Source: Eledone cirrhosa
Taxonomy: Eukaryota
Reading direction: 5' to 3'
Assembly: GCA_964016885.1 (NCBI GenBank)
Contig: OZ024742.1
Span: 8,804,001 to 8,868,000, forward strand
DNA length: 64,000 nt
The position numbers were made by a program, and so were the translations under genes. Within the stretch, counting starts at the first letter, position 1. Every line of letters starts with the position of its first letter. Below the pieces are notes generated by a model. That model did not search any database. It saw nothing but the letters and a program-made list of their open reading frames with translations, and was not told where the DNA came from. Positions 1-13,547 of this stretch are shown here, piece by piece.

Positions 1-3000
1 ACCTGGTATGGTAGATAGTTGTATTGGTAGTCGTTGGTCAACTACTATGGTAGATAGTTGTATTGGTAGTCTTTGGTCAACTGGTATGGTAGATAGTTGT
101 ATTGGTAGTCGTTGGTCAACTACTATGGTAGATAGTTGTATTGGTAGTCGTTGGTCAACTACTATGGTAGATAGTTGTATTGGTAGTCGTTGGTCAACTA
201 CTATGGTAGATAGTTGTATTGGTATTCGTTGGTCAACTAGTATGGTACATAGTTGTATTGCTTGTCGTTGATCAACTGGTATGGTAGATAGTTGTATTGG
301 TAGTCGTTGGTCAACTGGTATGGTAGATAGTTGTATTGGTAGTCGTTGGTCAACTGGTATGGTAGATAGTCGTATTGGTAGTCGTTGGTCAACTACTATG
401 GTAGTTAGTTGTATTGGTAGTCGTTGGTCAACTAGTATGGTAGATAGTTGTATTTGTAGTCGTTGGTCACCTGGTATGGTACATAGTTGTATTGGTAGTC
501 GTTGGTCAACTGGTATGGTAGATAGTTGTATTGGTAGTCGTTGGTCAACTACTATGGTAGATAGTTAGATAGTTGTATTGGTAGTCGTTGGTCAACTACT
601 ATGGTAGATAGTTGTATTGGTAGTCGTTGGTCAACTGGTATGGTAGATAGTTGTATTGGTAGTCGTTGGTCAACTGGTATAGTAGATAGTTGTATTGGTA
701 GTCGTTGGTCAACTACTATGGTAGATAGTTGTATTGGTAGTCGGTGGTCAACTGGTATAGTAGATAGTTGTATTGGTAGTCGTTGGTCAACTGGTATAGT
801 AGATTGTTGTATTGGTAGTCGTTGGTCAACTGGTATGGTAGATAGTTGTATTGGTAGTCGTTGGTCACCTGGTATGGTAGATAGTTGTATTGGTAGTCGT
901 TGGTCAACTACTATGGTAGATAGTTGTATTGGTAGTCTTTGGTCAACTGGTATGGTAGATAGTTGTATTGGTAGTCGTTGGTCAACTACTATGGTAGATA
1001 GTTGTATTGGTAGTCGTTGGTCAACTACTATGGTAGATAGTTGTATTGGTAGTCGTTGGTCAACTACTATGGTAGATAGTTGTATTGGTATTCGTTGGTC
1101 AACTAGTATGGTACATAGTTGTATTGCTTGTCGTTGATCAACTGGTATGGTAGATAGTTGTATTGGTAGTCGTTGGTCAACTGGTATGGTAGATAGTTGT
1201 ATTGGTAGTCGTTGGTCAACTGGTATGGTAGATAGTCGTATTGGTAGTCGTTGGTCAACTACTATGGTAGTTAGTTGTATTGGTAGTCGTTGGTCAACTA
1301 GTATGGTAGATAGTTGTATTTGTAGTCGTTGGTCAACTGGTATGGTAGATAGTTGTATTGGTAGTCGTTGGTCAACTGGTATGGTAGATAGTTGTATTGG
1401 TAGTCGTTGGTCAACTACTATGGTAGATCGTTGTATTGGTAGTCGTTTGTCAACTGGTATAGTAGATAGTTGTATTGGTAGTCGTTGGTCAACTGGTATG
1501 GTAGATAGTTGTATTGGTAGTCGTTGGTCAACTACTATGGTAGATAGTTGTATTGGTAGTCGTTGGTCAACTACTATGGTAGATAGTTGTATTGGTAGTC
1601 GTTGGTCAACTACTATGGTAGATAGTTGTATTGGTAGTCGTTGGTCAACTACTATGGTAGATAGTTGTATTGGTAGTCGTTGGTCAACTGGTATGGTAGA
1701 TAGTTGTATTGGTAGTCGTTGGTCAACTACTATGGTAGATAGTTTTATTGGTAGTCGTTGGTCAAGTGGTATGGTAGATAGTTGTATTGGTAATCGTTGG
1801 TCAACTGGTATAGTAGATAGTTGTATTGGTAGTCGTTGGTCAACTGGTATGGTAGATAGTTGTATTGGTAGTCGTTGGTCAACTGGTATGGTAGATTGTT
1901 GTATTGGTAGTCGTTGGTCACCTGGTATGGTACATAGTTGTATTGGTAGTCGTTGGTCAACTGGTATGGTAGATAGTTGTATTGGTAGTCGTTGGTCAAC
2001 TGGTATGGTAGATAGTTGTATTGGTAGTCGTTGGTCACCTGGTATGGTACATAGTTGTATTGGTAGTCGTTGGTCAACTACTATGGTAGATAGTTGTATT
2101 GGTAGTCGTTGGTCAACTGGTATGGTAGATAGTTGTATTGGTAGTCGTTGGTCAACTAGTATGGTACATAGTTGTATTGGTAGTCGTTGGTCAACTACTA
2201 TGGTAGATAGTTGTATTGGTAGTCGTTGGTCAACTGGTATGGTAGATAGTTGTATTGGTAGTCGTTGGTCAACTAGTATGGTACATAGTTGTATTGGTAG
2301 TCGTTGGTCAACTGGTATGGTAGATAGTTGTATTGGTAGTCGTTGGTCAACTGGTATGGTAGATAGTTGTATTGGTAGTCGTTGGTCAACTACTATGGTA
2401 GATAGTTGTATTGGTAGTCGTTGGTCAACTACTATGGTAGATAGTTGTATTGGTAGTCGTTGGTCAACTGGTATGGTAGATAGTTGTATTGGTAGTCGTT
2501 GGTCAACTGGTATGGTAGATAGTTGTATTGGTAGTCGTTGGTCAACTACTATGGTAGATAGTTGTATTGGTAGTCGTTTGTCAACTGGTATGGTAGATAG
2601 TTGTATTGGTAGTCGTTGGTCAACTACTATGGTAGATAGTTGTATTGGTAATCGTTGGTCAACTACTATGGTAGATAGTTGTATTGGTAGTCGTTGGTCA
2701 ACTGGTATGGTAGATAGTTGTATTGGTAGTCGTTGGTCAACTACTATGGTAGATAGTTGTATTGGTAATCGTTGGTCAACTACTATGGTAGATAGTTGTA
2801 TTGGTAGTCGTTGGTCAACTACTATGGTAGATAGTTGTATTGGTATTCGTTGGTCAACTAGTATGGTACATAGTTGTATTGCTTGTCGTTGATCAACTGG
2901 TATGGTAGATAGTTGTATTGGTAGTCGTTGGTCAACTGGTATGGTAGATAGTTGTATTGGTAGTCGTTGGTCAACTGGTATGGTAGATAGTTGTATTGGT

Positions 3001-6000
3001 AGTCGTTGGTCAACTACTATGGTAGTTAGTTGTATTGGTAGTCGTTGGTCAACTAGTATGGTAGATAGTTGTATTTGTAGTCGTTGGTCAACTGGTATGG
3101 TAGATAGTTGTATTGGTAGTCGTTGGTCAACTGGTATGGTAGATAGTTGTATTGGTAGTCGTTGGTCAACTGGTATGGTAGATAATTGTATTGGTAGTCG
3201 TTGGTCAACTACTATGGTAGATAGTTGTATTGGTAGTCGTTGGTCAACTACTATGGTAGATAGTTGTATTGGTAGTCGTTGGTCAACTGGTATGGTAGAT
3301 AGGTGTATTGGTAGTCGTTAGTCAACTAGTATGGTACATAGTTGTATTGGTAGTCGTTGGTCAACTACTATGGTAGATAGTTGTATTGGTAGTCGTTGGT
3401 CAACTACTATGGTAGATAGTTGTATTGGTAGTCGTTGGTCAACTGGTATGGTAGATAGTTGTATTGGTAGTCGTTGGTCAACTGGTATGGTAGATAGTTG
3501 TATTGGTAGTCGTTGGTCAACTATTATGGTAGATAGTTGTATTGGTAGTCGTTGGTCAAGTGGTATGGTAGATAGTTGTATTGGTAGTCGTTGGTCAACT
3601 GGTATAGTAGATAGTTGTATTGGTAGTCGTTGGTCAACTACTATGGTAGATAGTTGTATTGGTAGTCGTTGGTCACCTGGTATGGTACATAGTTGTATTG
3701 GTAGTCGTTGGTCAACTGGTATGGTAGATAGTTGTATTGGTAGTCGTTGGTCAACTACTATGGTAGATAGTTAGATAGTTGTATTGGTAGTCGTTGGTCA
3801 ACTACTATGGTAGATAGTTGTATTGGTAGTCGTTGGTCAACTGGTATGGTAGATAGTTGTATTGGTAGTCGTTGGTCAACTGGTATAGTAGATAGTTGTA
3901 TTGGTAGTCGTTGGTCAACTACTATGGTAGATAGTTGTATTGGTAGTCGGTGGTCAACTGGTATAGTAGATAGTTGTATTGGTAGTCGTTGGTCAACTGG
4001 TATAGTAGATTGTTGTATTGGTAGTCGTTGGTCAACTGGTATGGTAGATAGTTGTATTGGTAGTCGTTGGTCACCTGGTATGGTAGATAGTTGTATTGGT
4101 AGTCGTTGGTCAACTACTATGGTAGATAGTTGTATTGGTAGTCTTTGGTCAACTGGTATGGTAGATAGTTGTATTGGTAGTCGTTGGTCAACTACTATGG
4201 TAGATAGTTGTATTGGTAGTCGTTGGTCAACTGGTATGGTAGATAGTTGTATTGGTAGTCGTTGGTCAACTACTATGGAAGATAGTTGTATTGGTAGTCG
4301 TTGGTCAACTGGTATGGTAGATAGTTGTATTGGTAGTCGTTGGTCAACTGGTATGGTAGATAGTTGTATTGGTAGTCGTTGGTCACCTGGTATGGTAGAT
4401 AGTTGTATTGGTAGTCGTTGGTCAACTACTATGGTAGATAGTTGTATTGGTAGTCGTTGGTCAACTGGTATGGTAGATAGTTGTATTGGTAGTCGTTGGT
4501 CAACTGGTATGGTAGATAGTTGTATTGGTAGTCGTTGGTCAACTGGTATGGTAGATAGTTGTATTGGTAGTCGTTGGTCAACTACTATGGTAGATAGTTG
4601 TATTGGTAGTCGTTGGTCAACTGGTATGGTAGATAGTTGTATTGGTAGTCGTTGGTCAACTACTATGGTAGATAGTTGTATTGGTAGTTGTTGGTCAACT
4701 GGTATGGTAGATAGTTGTATTGGTAGTCGTTGGTCAACTACTATGGTAGATAGTTGTATTGGTAGTCGTTGGTCAACTACTATGGTAGATAGTTGTATTG
4801 GTAGTCGTTGGTCAACTGGTATGGTAGATAGTTGTATTGGTAGTCGTTGGTCAACTGGTATGGTAGATAGTTGTATTGGTAGTCGTTGGTCAACTACTAT
4901 GGTAGATAGTTGTATTGGTAGTCGTTGGTCAACTACTATGGTAGATAGTTGTATTGGTAGTCGTTGGTCAACTGGTATGGTAGATAGTTGTATTGGTAGT
5001 CGTTGGTCAACTACTATGGTAGATAGTTGTATTGGTAGTCGTTGGTCAACTAGTATGGTAGATAGTTGTATTGGTAGTCGTTGGTCAACTACTATGGTAG
5101 ATAGTTGTATTGGTAGTCGTTGGTCAACTGGTATGGTAGATAGTTGTATTGGTAGTCGTTGGTCAACTACTATGGTAGATAGTTGTATTAGTAGTCGTTG
5201 GTCAACTGGTATGGTAGATAGTTGTATTGGTAGTCGTTGGTCAACTACTATGGTAGATAGTTGTATTGGTAGTCGTTGGTCAACTACTATGGTAGATAGT
5301 TGTATTGGTAGTCGTTGGTCAACTGGTATGGTAGATAGTTGTATTGGTAGACGTTGGTCAACTGGTATGGTAGATACTTGTATTGGTAGTCGTTGGTCAA
5401 CTGGTATGGTAGATAGTTGTATTGGTAGTCGTTGGTCAACTGGTATGGTAGATAGTTGTATTGGTAGTCGTTGGTCAACTATTATGGTAGATAGTTGTAT
5501 TGTTTGTCGTTGGTCAACTGGTATGGTAGATAGTTGTATTGGTAGTCGTTGGTCAACTACTATGGTAGATAGTTGTATTGGTAGTCGTTGGTCAACTACT
5601 ATGGTAGATATCTGTATTGGTAGTCGTTGGTCAACTGGTATGGTAGATAGTTGTATTGGTAGTCGTTGGTTAACTGGTATGGTAGATGGTTGTATTGGTA
5701 GTCGTTGGTCACCTGGTATGGTAGATAGTTGTATTGGTAGTCGTTGGTCAACTAGTATGGTAGATAGTTGTATTGGTAGTCGTTGGTCAACTAGTATGGT
5801 AGATAGTTGTATTGGTAGTCGTTGGTCAACTACTATGGTAGATAGTTGTATTGGTAGTCGTTGGTCAACTGGTATGGTAGATAGTTGTATTGGTAGTCGT
5901 TGGTCAACTATTATGGTAGATAGTTTTATTGGTAGTCGTTGGTCAACTGGTATGGTAGATAGTTGTATTGGTAGTCGTTGGTCAACTACTATGGTAGATA

Positions 6001-9000
6001 GTTGTATTGGTAGTCGTTGGTCAACTGGTATGGTAGATAGTTGTATTGGTAGTCGTTGGTCAACTATTATGGTAGATAGTTGTATTGGTAGTCGTTGGTC
6101 AACTGGTATGGTAGATAGTTGTATTGGTAGTCGTTGGTCAACTATTATGGTAGATAGTTTTATTGGTAGTCGTTGGTCAACTACTATGGTAGATAGTTGT
6201 ATTGGTAGTCGTTGGTCAACTGGTATGGTAGATAGTTGTATTGGTAGTCGTTGGTCAACTAGTATGGTACATAGTTGTATTGGTAGTCGTTGGTCAGCTG
6301 GTATAGTAGATAGTTGTATTGGTAGTCGTTGGTCAACTACTATGGTAGATTGTTGTATTGGTAGTCGTTGGTCAACTAGTATGGTACATAGTTGTATTGG
6401 TAGTCGTTGATCAACTGGTATGGTAGATAGTTGTATTGGTAGTCGTTGGTCAACTGGTATGGTAGATATTTGTATTGGTAATCGTTGGTCAACTACTATG
6501 GTAGATAGTTGTATTGGTAGTCGTTGGTCAACTACTATGGTAGATAGTTGTAATGGTAGTCGTTGGTCAACTACTATGGTAGATAGTTGTATTGGTAGTC
6601 GTTGGTCAACTAGTATGGTACATAGTTGTATTGCTAGTCGTTGATCAACTGGTATGGTAGATAGTTGTATTGGTAGTCGTTGGTCAACTGGTATGGTAGA
6701 TAGTTGTATTGGTAGTCGTTGGTCAACTGGTATGGTAGATAGTTGTATTGGTACTCGTTGGTCAACTACTATGGTAGTTAGTTGTATTGGTAGTCGTTGG
6801 TCAACTAGTATGGTAGATAGTTGTATTGGTAGTCGTTGGTCAACTGGTATGGTAGATAGTTGTATTGGTAGTCGTTGGTCAACTGGTATGGTAGATAGTT
6901 GTATTGGTAGTCGTTGGTCAACTACTATGGTAGATAGTTGTATTGGTAGTCGTTTGTCAACTGGTATAGTAGATACTTGTATTGGTAGTCGTTGGTCAAC
7001 TGGTATGGTAGATAGTTGTATTGGTAGTCGTTGGTCAACTACTATGGTAGATAGTTGTATTGGTAGTCGTTGGTCAACTACTATGGTAGATAGTTGTATT
7101 GGTAGTCGTTGGTCAACTACTATGGTAGATAGTTGTATTGGTAGTCGTTGGTCAACTATGGTAGATAGTTGTATTGGTAGTCGTTGGTCAACTGGTATGG
7201 TAGATAGTTGTATTGGTAGTCGTTGGTCAACTACTATGGTAGATAGTTGTATTGGTAGTCGTTGGTCAAGTGGTATGGTAGATAGTTGTATTGGTAGTCG
7301 TTGGTCAACTGGTATAGTAGATAGTTGTATTGGTAGTCGTTGGTCAACTGGTATGGTAGATAGTTGTATTGGTAGTCGTTGGTCAACTGGTATGGTAGAT
7401 TGTTGTATTGGTAGTCGTTGGTCACCTGGTATGGTACATAGTTGTATTGGTAGTCGTTGGTCAACTGGTATGGTAGATAGTTGTATTGGTAGTCGTTGGT
7501 CAACTGGTATGGTAGATAGTTGTATTGGTAGTCGTTGGTCACCTGGTATGGTACATAGTTGTATTGGTAGTCGTTGGTCAACTGGTATGGTAGATAGTTG
7601 TATTGGTAGTCGTTGGTCAATTACTATGGTAGATAGTTGTATTGGTAGTCGTTGGTCAACTACTATGGTAGATAGTTGTATTGGTAGTCGTTGGTCAACT
7701 GGTATGGTAGATAGTTGTATTGGTAGTCGTTGGTCAACTGGTATAGTAGATAGTTGTATTGGTAGTCGTTGGTCAACTGGTATGGTAGATAGTTGTATTG
7801 GTAGTCGTTGGTCAACTGGTATGGTAGATTGTTGTATTGGTAGTCGTTGGTCACCTGGTATGGTACATAGTTGTATTGGTAGTCGTTGGTCAACTGGTAT
7901 GGTAGATAGTTGTATTGGTAGTCGTTGGTCAACTGGTATGGTAGATAGTTGTATTGGTAGTCGTTGGTCACCTGGTATGGTACATAGTTGTATTGGTAGT
8001 CGTTGGTCAACTGGTATGGTAGATAGTTGTATTGGTAGTCGTTGGTCAATTACTATGGTAGATAGTTGTATTGGTAGTCGTTGGTCAACTACTATGGTAG
8101 ATAGTTGTATTGGTAGTCGTTGGTCAACTGGTATGGTAGATAGTTGTATTGGTAGTCGTTGGTCAACTGGTATAGTAGATAGTTGTATTGGTAGTCGTTG
8201 GTCAACTGGTATGGTAGATAGTTGTATTGGTAGTCGTTGGTCAACTACTATGGTAGATAGTTGTATTGGTAGTCGTTGGTCAACTACTATGGTAGATAGT
8301 TGTATTGGTAGTCGTTGGTCAACTGGTATGGTAGATAGTTGTATTGGTAGTCGTTGGTCAACTACTATGGTAGATAGTTGTATTGGTAGTCGTTGGTCAA
8401 CTACTATGGTAGATAGTTGTATTGGTAGTCGTTGGTCAACTGCTATGGTAGATAGTTGTATTGGTAGTCGTTGGTCAACTACTATGGTAGATAGTTGTAT
8501 TGGTAGTCGTTGGTCAACTACTATGGTAGCTAGTTGTATTGGTAGTCGTTGGTCAACTGGTATGGTAGATAGTTGTATTGGTAGTCGTTGGTCAACTGGT
8601 ATGGTAGATATTGTATTGGTAGTCGTTGGTCAACTGGTCTGGTAGATAGTTGTATTGGTAGTCGTTGGTCAACTGGTATGGTAGATAGTTGTATTGGTAG
8701 TCGTTGGTCAACTACTATGGTAGATAGTTGTATTGGTAGTCGTTGGTCAACTGGTATGGTAGATAGTTGTATTGGTAGTCGTTGGTCAACTACTATGGTA
8801 GATAGTTGTATTGGTAGTCGTTGGTCAACTACTATGGTAGATAGCTGTATTGGTAGTCGTTGGTCAACTGGTATGGTAGATAGTTATATTGGTAGTCGTT
8901 GGTCAACTGGTATGGTAGATAGTTGTATTGGTAGTCGTTGGTCAACTAGTTTGGTAGATAGTTGTATTGGTAGTCGTTGGTCAAATGGTATGGTAGATAG

Positions 9001-11845
9001 TTGTATTGGTAGTCGTTGGTCAACTACTATGGTAGATAGTTGTATTGGTAGTCGTTGGTTAACTGGTATGGTAGATAGTTGTATTGGTAGTCGTTGGTCA
9101 ACTGGTATGGTAGATAGTTGTATTGGTAGTCGTTGGTCAACTGGTATGGTAGATAGTTGTATTGGTAGTCGTTGTTCACCTGGTATGGTAGATAGTTGTA
9201 TTGGTAGTCGTTGGTCAACTACTATGGTAGATAGTTGTATTGGTAGTCGTTGTTCACCTGGTATGGTAGATAGTTGTATTGGTAGTCGTTGGTCAACTGG
9301 TATGGTAGATAGTTGTATTGGTAGTCGTTGGTCAACTACTATGGTAGAAAGTTGTATTGGTAGTCGTTGGTTAACTGGTATGGTAGATGGTTGTATTGGT
9401 AGTCGTTGGTTAACTGGTATGGTAGATGGTTGTATTGGTAGTCGTTGGTTAACTGGTATGGTAGATGGTTGTATTGGTAGTCGTTGGTTAACTGGTATGG
9501 TAGATAGTTGTATTGGCAGTCGTTGGTCAACTACTATGGTAGATAGTTGTATTGGTAGTCGTTGGTCAAGTGGTATGGTAGATAGTTGTATTGGTAGTCG
9601 TTGGTCAGCTGGTATGGTAGATAGTTGTATTGGTAGTCGTTGGTCAACTGGTATGGTAGATAGTTGTATTGGTAGTCTTTGGTCAACTGGAATGGTGGAT
9701 AGTTGTATTGGTAGTCTTTGGTCAACTGGTATGGTGGATAGTTGTATTGGTAGTCGTTGGTCAACTAGTATGATAGATAGTTGTATTGGTAGTCGTTGGT
9801 CAACTGGTATGGTAGATAGTTGTATTGGTAGTCGTTGGTCAACTGGTATGGTAGATAGTTGTATTGGTAGTCGTTGGTCAACTGGTATGGTAGATAGTTG
9901 TATTGGTAGTCGTTGGTCAACTGGTATGGTAGATAGTTGTATTGGTAGTCGTTGGTCAACTGGTATGGTAGATAGTTGTATTGGTAGTCTTTGGTCAACT
10001 GGTATGGTGGATAGTTGTATTGGTAGTCGTTGGTCAACTAGTATGATAGACAGTTGTATTGGTAGTCGTTGGTCAACTGGTATGGTAGATAGTTGTATTG
10101 GTAGTCGTTGGTCAACTGGTATGGTAGATAGTTGTATTGGTAGTCGTTGGTCACCTGGTATGGTACATAGTTGTATTGGTAGTCTTTGGTCAACTGGTAT
10201 GATAGATAGTTGTATTGGTAGTCGTTGGTCACCTGGTATGGTAGATAGTTGTATTGGTAGTCGTTGGTCAACTACTATGGTAGATAGTTGTATTGGTAGT
10301 CGTTGGTCAACTGGTATAGTAGATAGTTGTATTGGTAGTCTTTGGTCAACTGGTATGGTAGATAGTTGTATTGGTAGTCTTTGGTCAACTGGTATGGTAG
10401 ATAGTTGTATTGGTAGTCATTGGTCAACTGGTATGGTAGATAGTTGTATTGGTAGTCTTTTGTCAACTGGTATGGTAGATAGTTGTATTGGTAGTCTTTG
10501 GTCAACTGGTATAGTAGATAGTTGTATTGGTAGTCGTTGGTCAACTGGTATGGTACATAGTTGTATTGGTAGTCTTTGGTCAACTGGTATGATAGATAGT
10601 TGTATTGGTAGTCTTTGGTCAACTGGTATGGTAGATAGTTGTATTGGTAGTCATTGGTCAACTGGTATGGTAGATAGTTGTATTGGTAGTCTTTGGTCAA
10701 TTGGTATGGTAGATAGTTGTATTGGTAGTCGTTGGTCAACTGGTATGGTACATAGTTGTATTGGTAGTCTTTGGTCAACTGGTATGATAGATAGTTGTAT
10801 TGGTAGTCGTTGGTCAACTGGTATGGTAGATAGTTGTATTGGTAGTCGTTGGTCACCTGGTATGATAGATAGTTGTATTGGTAGTCTTTGGTCACCTGGT
10901 ATGGTACATAGTTGTATTGGTAGTCTTTGGTCAACTGGTATGGTACATAGTTGTATTGGTAGTCTTTGGTCAACTGGTATGGTAGATAGTTGTATTGGTA
11001 GTCGTTGGTCAACTGGTATGGTAGATAGTTGTATTGGTAGTCGTTGGTCAACTGGTATGGTAGATAGTTGTATTGGTAGTCGTTGGTCAACTGGTATGGT
11101 AGATAGTTGTATTGGTAGTCGTTGGTCAACTACTATGGTAGATAGTTGTATTGGTAGTCGTTGGTCAACTGGTATGGTAGATAGTTGTATTGGTAGTCGT
11201 TGGTCAACTACTATGGTAGATAGTTGTATTGGTAGTCGTTGGTCAACTACTATGGTAGATAGTTGTATTGGTAGTCGTTGGTCAACTACTATGGTAGATA
11301 GTTGTATTGGTAGTCGTTGGTCAACTAGTATGTTGGATAGTTGTACTGGTAGTCGTTGGTCAACTAATACGGTAGATAGTTGGTAGTCGTTGGTCAACTG
11401 GTATGGTAGATAGTTGTATTGGTACTCTTTGGTCAACTGGTATGATAGATAGTTGTATTGGTAGTCGTTGGTCAACTGGTATGGTGGATAGCTGTATTTG
11501 TAGACGTTGGTCAACTAGTATGGTAGATAGTTGTAGTGGTAGTCGTTGGTCAATTGGTATGGTGGATAGTTGTATTTGTAGACGTTGGTCAACTAGTATG
11601 GTAGATAGTTGTATTGGTAGTCGTTGATCAACTAGTATGGTAGACATTTTGTAGTCGTTGGTCAACTGGTATGTTAGATAGTTGTATTGGTAGTCGCTGA
11701 TCAACTAGTATTGTAGATAGTTTGTAGTCGTTGGTCAACTGGTATGTTAGATAGTTGTATTGGTAGTCGATGGTCAACTGGTATGGTAGATAGTTGTATT
11801 GGTAGTCGTTGTCCAACTGGTATGGTAGTCGTTGGTCCACTGGTA
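1..11845. repeat. 39-bp satellite array, about 300 units, running off the left edge
   Basis: Tandem unit ATGGTAGATAGTTGTATTGGTAGTCGTTGGTCAACT(ACT/GGT/AGT); units degenerate after ~11330. The long ORFs arise from the 13-codon period. Confidence 0.98.
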
Positions 11846-12033
11846 TGCTTTGCAACATAGAGTTACGGCCCTTTATGATCTAAGTTCAAATTCCGCCGAA
11901 GTTAACTTTGCCTTTCATTCTTTCGGGGTCGATAAAATAAAGTACCATTGACGCACTGGAGTCTATTTAATAATTTAATAGACTTTCCTCTCCCACAAAA
12001 ATAGCTGGCATTGTGCTTATGTAAGAAACCATT
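11843..12033 (+). mobile_element. tRNA-derived SINE, 5'-truncated
   Basis: B-box-like GTTCAAATTCC, then body AACTTTGCCTTTCATTCTTTCGGGGTCGATAAAATAAAGTACC shared with the copies at 13087, 30937, 44885 and 45068. Confidence 0.85.
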
Positions 12034-12228
12034 ATTATTTCCGGCAATATTATAACATTATGACCCTCCCTAAATATAACAATATATATATATATATATA
12101 TATTTGTTTGTTAAAATAATTCAACAGTTAAACACACATAGGAATATAATAAGGTTGTTACCAAAGAGCCAGAAGATTGACAAATCAACTCTAAATATGA
12201 CTAATATCTGTAGGAGAGCTAGGAAAGA

Positions 12229-12577
12229 AACCACATGTTTTAAACTTTGATTTTGAAAGTAGGTTATAATTATTAATTTTCATTGCATTTTTGTAGCTGT
12301 CTCTGCGGCCTAGTTGGAGGAATCATAGACGGTGGTGATCCTGGTCTGAAGTTAGATCCTGGTCAGGAGAAGCGTTCCCGCTAAACCTTTCCATTTTTCT
12401 TTCTATGGGATGTAAAATAGAAATTGAAAAAGTTTACATGTACCTCTTGACCAGAATTGACCAGGATCTCCACTGTCTCTAGTATCGACCGGTAAGCTAC
12501 TTAAATATCTACGAAATGCCACTGAAAATTCATACTTATAAACCTACTTTCAAAATTTTTAAAACAATGTGTTGTGG
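12229..12577. mobile_element. Foldback/MITE-like element with long imperfect inverted repeats
   Basis: TTTTGAAAGTAGGTTATAA pairs with TTATAAACCTACTTTCAAAA; GACGGTGGTGATCCTGGTC pairs with GACCAGGATCTCCACTGTC. The segment is absent from the paralogous block at 13300-13547. Confidence 0.6.
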
Positions 12578-12734
12578 TGCGGTTCATGTCTTTCTTAATG
12601 TTATTGCTCCTACTTAAGGTCGACTTCTAAATCACTTGGGTGTTCCATAAACTACATCATAGTTTTGTTTCACATCTATCTAGACTACATTTTAACCTGT
12701 AATCCATGTTTCATTTCTGTCGCACCTCATATCT

Positions 12735-12962
12735 CCCCCTCCCCCCTCTCTCTCTCTCTCTATCTCTCTCTGTATCTCTCTATCTATCTCTCTATCTCTG
12801 TATCTCTCTCCCTCTCTATGTCTCTGTATCCCCCTCTCTCTCTCTATCACTTTCTCTCCCGTTATTTCTCTCTGTGATATTTGAATCTTACTCATATATA
12901 TATTATTTTGTATGTCAGTTATATTCAAATTTACAATGCTTGGCATTATATATAAACACACA

Positions 12963-13002
<40 letters not shown>

Positions 13003-13040
13003 CACAGACATACACACACGCACACACACACATATATATA
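12735..13040. repeat. (TC)n/(TCTA)n and (CA)n microsatellites
   Basis: Directly visible simple repeats separated by a short AT-rich spacer. Confidence 0.9.
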
Positions 13041-13350
13041 TTGTTATATTTGGGGAGGGTCATATTGTTATAATATTGCCAGAAATAATTGTTTCTATTT
13101 TAGGCACAAGGCCAGCAATTACCCAGTGCATTACTGGTACTTTATTTTATCGACCCCGTAAGGATGAAAGGCAAAGTCAACCTCGGCGGGATTTGAACTC
13201 AGATCGTAAAGGGACGTAACTATGCTGGAAAGCATGGCGTCCGACTCTCTACCGATACTGCCAATCCACCGCCAGAAATAATAACAGTGAGTGTGTTCTA
13301 TTATTATTCTGGCAATATTATAAAAATCTGACCCTCCCCAAATATAACAA
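13041..13350. mobile_element. Short hairpin MITE-like element in a (TA)n context, interrupted by a SINE
   Basis: Ends TTGTTATATTTGGGGAGGGTCA and TGACCCTCCCCAAATATAACAA are perfect reverse complements. Another right half is at 12033-12082. Confidence 0.7.
13087..13273 (-). mobile_element. Full-length tRNA-derived SINE with apparent target-site duplication
   Basis: Minus strand reads GGCGGTGGATTGGCAGTATCGG (A-box-like) ... GAGTTCAAATCC (B-box) ... CCTTTCATCCTTACGGGGTCGATAAAATAAAGTACCAG; GCCAGAAATAAT is repeated on both sides. Confidence 0.9.
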
Positions 13351-13547
13351 TATATATATATATTATTTGTTTGTAAAATTAAATTAATTCCACAGTTAAA
13401 CACACATAGGAATAATAAGGTTGTTACCAAAGAGCCAGAAGAGTGACAAGTCTTTCTTAATGTTATTGCTCCTACTTAAGTTCGACTTCTAAATCATTTG
13501 GGTGTTCCATAAACTACATCCTCGTTTTTTTTCTCATCTATCTAGAC

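Noticed and set aside
8-11386. Long ORFs (up to 932 aa) of MVDSCIGSRWSTG repeats
   Set aside because: A 39-bp unit is 13 codons, so open frames are expected. Stops and frameshifts are scattered, minus-strand frames are also open, and there is no unique domain.
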